From an uncultured Methanolobus sp. (GTDB lineage: Archaea; Halobacteriota; Methanosarcinia; Methanosarcinales; Methanosarcinaceae): 64,000 bases of DNA. The DNA lies in the NCBI GenBank assembly GCA_963675495.1, contig OY776215.1, forward strand, positions 448,001 to 512,000. Reading direction: 5' to 3'. The stretch's first letter is position 1. Each line of letters begins with the position of its first letter. The notes beneath the pieces are model-generated. The model saw only the letters and a list, made by a program, of their open reading frames with translations. It had not been told where the DNA came from and searched no databases. Position numbers and translations under genes: made by a program. This document shows, piece by piece, positions 62,530 through 64,000 of this stretch.

Positions 62530-63174
62530 ATGTCAGTATACCCTTGCTCCCGAAGCTTGCAATCGCTTCTTTTATCGCATGAACCACATTTCCCCTGTAA
62601 AGATACAGCCGGGGCACTGGACCTGATTCGAGTATACTGTTTCCTTTTCTCCCTCGTTGATTTCCTCATGCGATGCTTGTAGTTATCTGCGAATATCGGA
62701 TTTGATGATTCCATGAATAGTGATTTGACTTGTGGATATAAGCTGATGAGCCAAGTAGAGTGAAAGTGATGTTCATTCCATCTGATGGATACTCATTTCA
62801 AGCACTGAAAACACTGCCAAATTCATCTCGAGAGGGGATATAATGACCATTGACGATACATTACACCTGAGTGACAATACAAGCTCTTAGAAACGAAATA
62901 TAAAGCACCACTTCGTTACTTTGTTTGTTAAATCCTCACTGGTATCACCTGTTGACAGTATCGAATGCTGTGGATGGTGAAGACAGGGTTTACATGTGTT
63001 GACAGTACGTACATAGTCATATCAAGTCAACATGCGCTGAATGTATCATCATAGGTTTGCGTGGTTCGCATGTGCGGATAGTGTGAACGATGTTGTTAGC
63101 ATGCTTTTAGATGATGAAGAGAGTGAGCATGACTATGAAAATAGATTTAAAATATGTTTCAAATCGATACATGG

Positions 63175-63318
63175 CTATACTATCGGCTTAAGGGCAAGGT
63201 AGCCTTGGACTTTGATTATCTCAAACATTTGTCCTTTCTTGTATCCCTCTAATTCCATGATATTTTTTGGCATTGTCAGTCTGTATTGACCGTTGAATTC
63301 CTGTAATGTAACTTTCAT
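63175..63318 (-). CDS. 47-aa AbrB/MazE/SpoVT-type DNA-binding protein (not in ORF track)
   Basis: MKVTLQEFNGQYRLTMPKNIMELEGYKKGQMFEIIKVQGYLALKPIV*; GQ..T.PK..G.K.G pattern; AAGGTG RBS. Confidence 0.7.
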   Translation of the reverse strand: MKVTLQEFNGQYRLTMPKNIMELEGYKKGQMFEIIKVQGYLALKPIV

Positions 63319-63339
63319 GATTTACACCTTTTAATATTA

Positions 63340-63369
63340 AGTACTAATATTAGTACTAAATTAAGTACT
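63340..63369. promoter_or_regulatory. Operator-like array: three AGTACT at 12-bp spacing
   Basis: AGTACT at 63340, 63352 and 63364; AGTACTAATATTAGTACT is a perfect 18-bp palindrome. Confidence 0.55.
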
Positions 63370-63463
63370 ATAAATACATTTTATAGAATGTAAATCTTTC
63401 CAAAAACTAAAAATAGGGTTAAAATCAATTAGGAAACAGTGACTAAACCCTTTTTTACAATCG

Positions 63464-63479
63464 TTTATGCGTTATAAAC
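63464..63479. repeat. attR core TTTATGCGTTATAAAC
   Basis: Identical to 35451-35466; 53 bp from the gatD stop codon. Confidence 0.85.
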
Positions 63480-63532
63480 CTAATTACTAAAAATGATAGT
63501 AATTTGCTCCTGTCAGGAACAAATATTAAGAT

Positions 63533-64000
63533 TCACTCACAGCTCCTTTCATTAATCTCGGACCTGATATTACTTTTTAGCATATCCAGTGCAGTATCAT
63601 AACTATCTGACTGCCCAAGTACCCACATCATCTTGACAAGAGCGACTTCAGGTAGCATATCCCCACCTTCGATTACACCGGCTTTCAATATGTCCCTGCC
63701 TGTGTCATAGACCCTGTCACATATCCGGCCATTAAGGCATTGGGAAGTGATTATCACAGGAATATTTTGTGATGCAGCTCTTTCTAACTGTGGTACCCAG
63801 TCAGTTGAAACATGACCAAGTCCAGTACCTTCGATAACTATGCCTTTGTAACCTGCATCAATGAAGTAGGCAAGTATATCAGGGCTTGACCCCGGAGTGA
63901 ACTTCACAAGAGCGCATTTCGGTTCAAGTGAATCACTAAGTTTTAGTTCCTTTTCCCCTCTTTTAACGTAAGGAAGTGACGCGAGAATTTCTCCAGTGGA
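63533..64000 (-). CDS. gatD: Glu-tRNA(Gln) amidotransferase subunit D (3' part)
   Basis: [26 protein letters not shown] and [16 protein letters not shown] asparaginase-like C-terminus. Confidence 0.9.
   Translation of the reverse strand, partial: STGEILASLPYVKRGEKELKLSDSLEPKCALVKFTPGSSPDILAYFIDAGYKGIVIEGTGLGHVSTDWVPQLERAASQNIPVIITSQCLNGRICDRVYDTGRDILKAGVIEGGDMLPEVALVKMMWVLGQSDSYDTALDMLKSNIRSEINERSCE

Larger units (their letters stand above)
35451..63479. mobile_element. ~28-kb integrative element (integrated plasmid / defence island) between aspS and gatD
   Basis: Flanking 16-bp direct repeats; integrase next to the left repeat; Rep-like and defence cargo; GATC depletion; housekeeping genes resume on both sides. 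Confidence 0.9.

Noticed and set aside
62951-63007. Repeated GTTGACAGTA 10-mer
   Set aside because: Only two copies and no supporting structure; compatible with chance.
35451-63479. Provirus or self-conjugative ICE
   Set aside because: No capsid, portal, terminase, VirB4/VirD4 or relaxase motifs recognised; highly divergent versions cannot be excluded.

Overview
Chromosomal window from a Methanosarcinaceae-like methanogenic archaeon; this assignment is inferred from DUF1608 S-layer repeats, PGF-type anchors, orphan PAS histidine kinases, an archaeal-type aspS and gatD. Positions 1-35.4 kb are host genes: malic enzyme, paaK/paaI, four histidine kinases, a 2056-aa S-layer-domain protein, a TlpA-CcdA-DUF3179 cluster, a Cache-domain pentameric ligand-gated ion channel homolog, an HAO-like octaheme cytochrome, tRNA-Val followed by 142-bp repeats, MgtE/TrkA-C genes, rpiA and aspS. 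Positions 35451-63479 form a ~28-kb integrated element bounded by a perfect 16-bp direct repeat (TTTATGCGTTATAAAC). It sits between aspS and gatD, in what appears to be the aspS TATA box rather than in a tRNA gene. It encodes an integrase, two further tyrosine recombinases (one broken), a helicase-like/AEP-primase-like putative Rep, an ABC-ATPase plus TOPRIM pair, a SNF2-DUF3883/DUF1156/DUF499 restriction-like operon, a tRNA-like RNA and a small AbrB-like gene missing from the ORF track. The element is almost free of GATC, unlike the host flank. All family assignments come from motifs read by eye; no searches were run.
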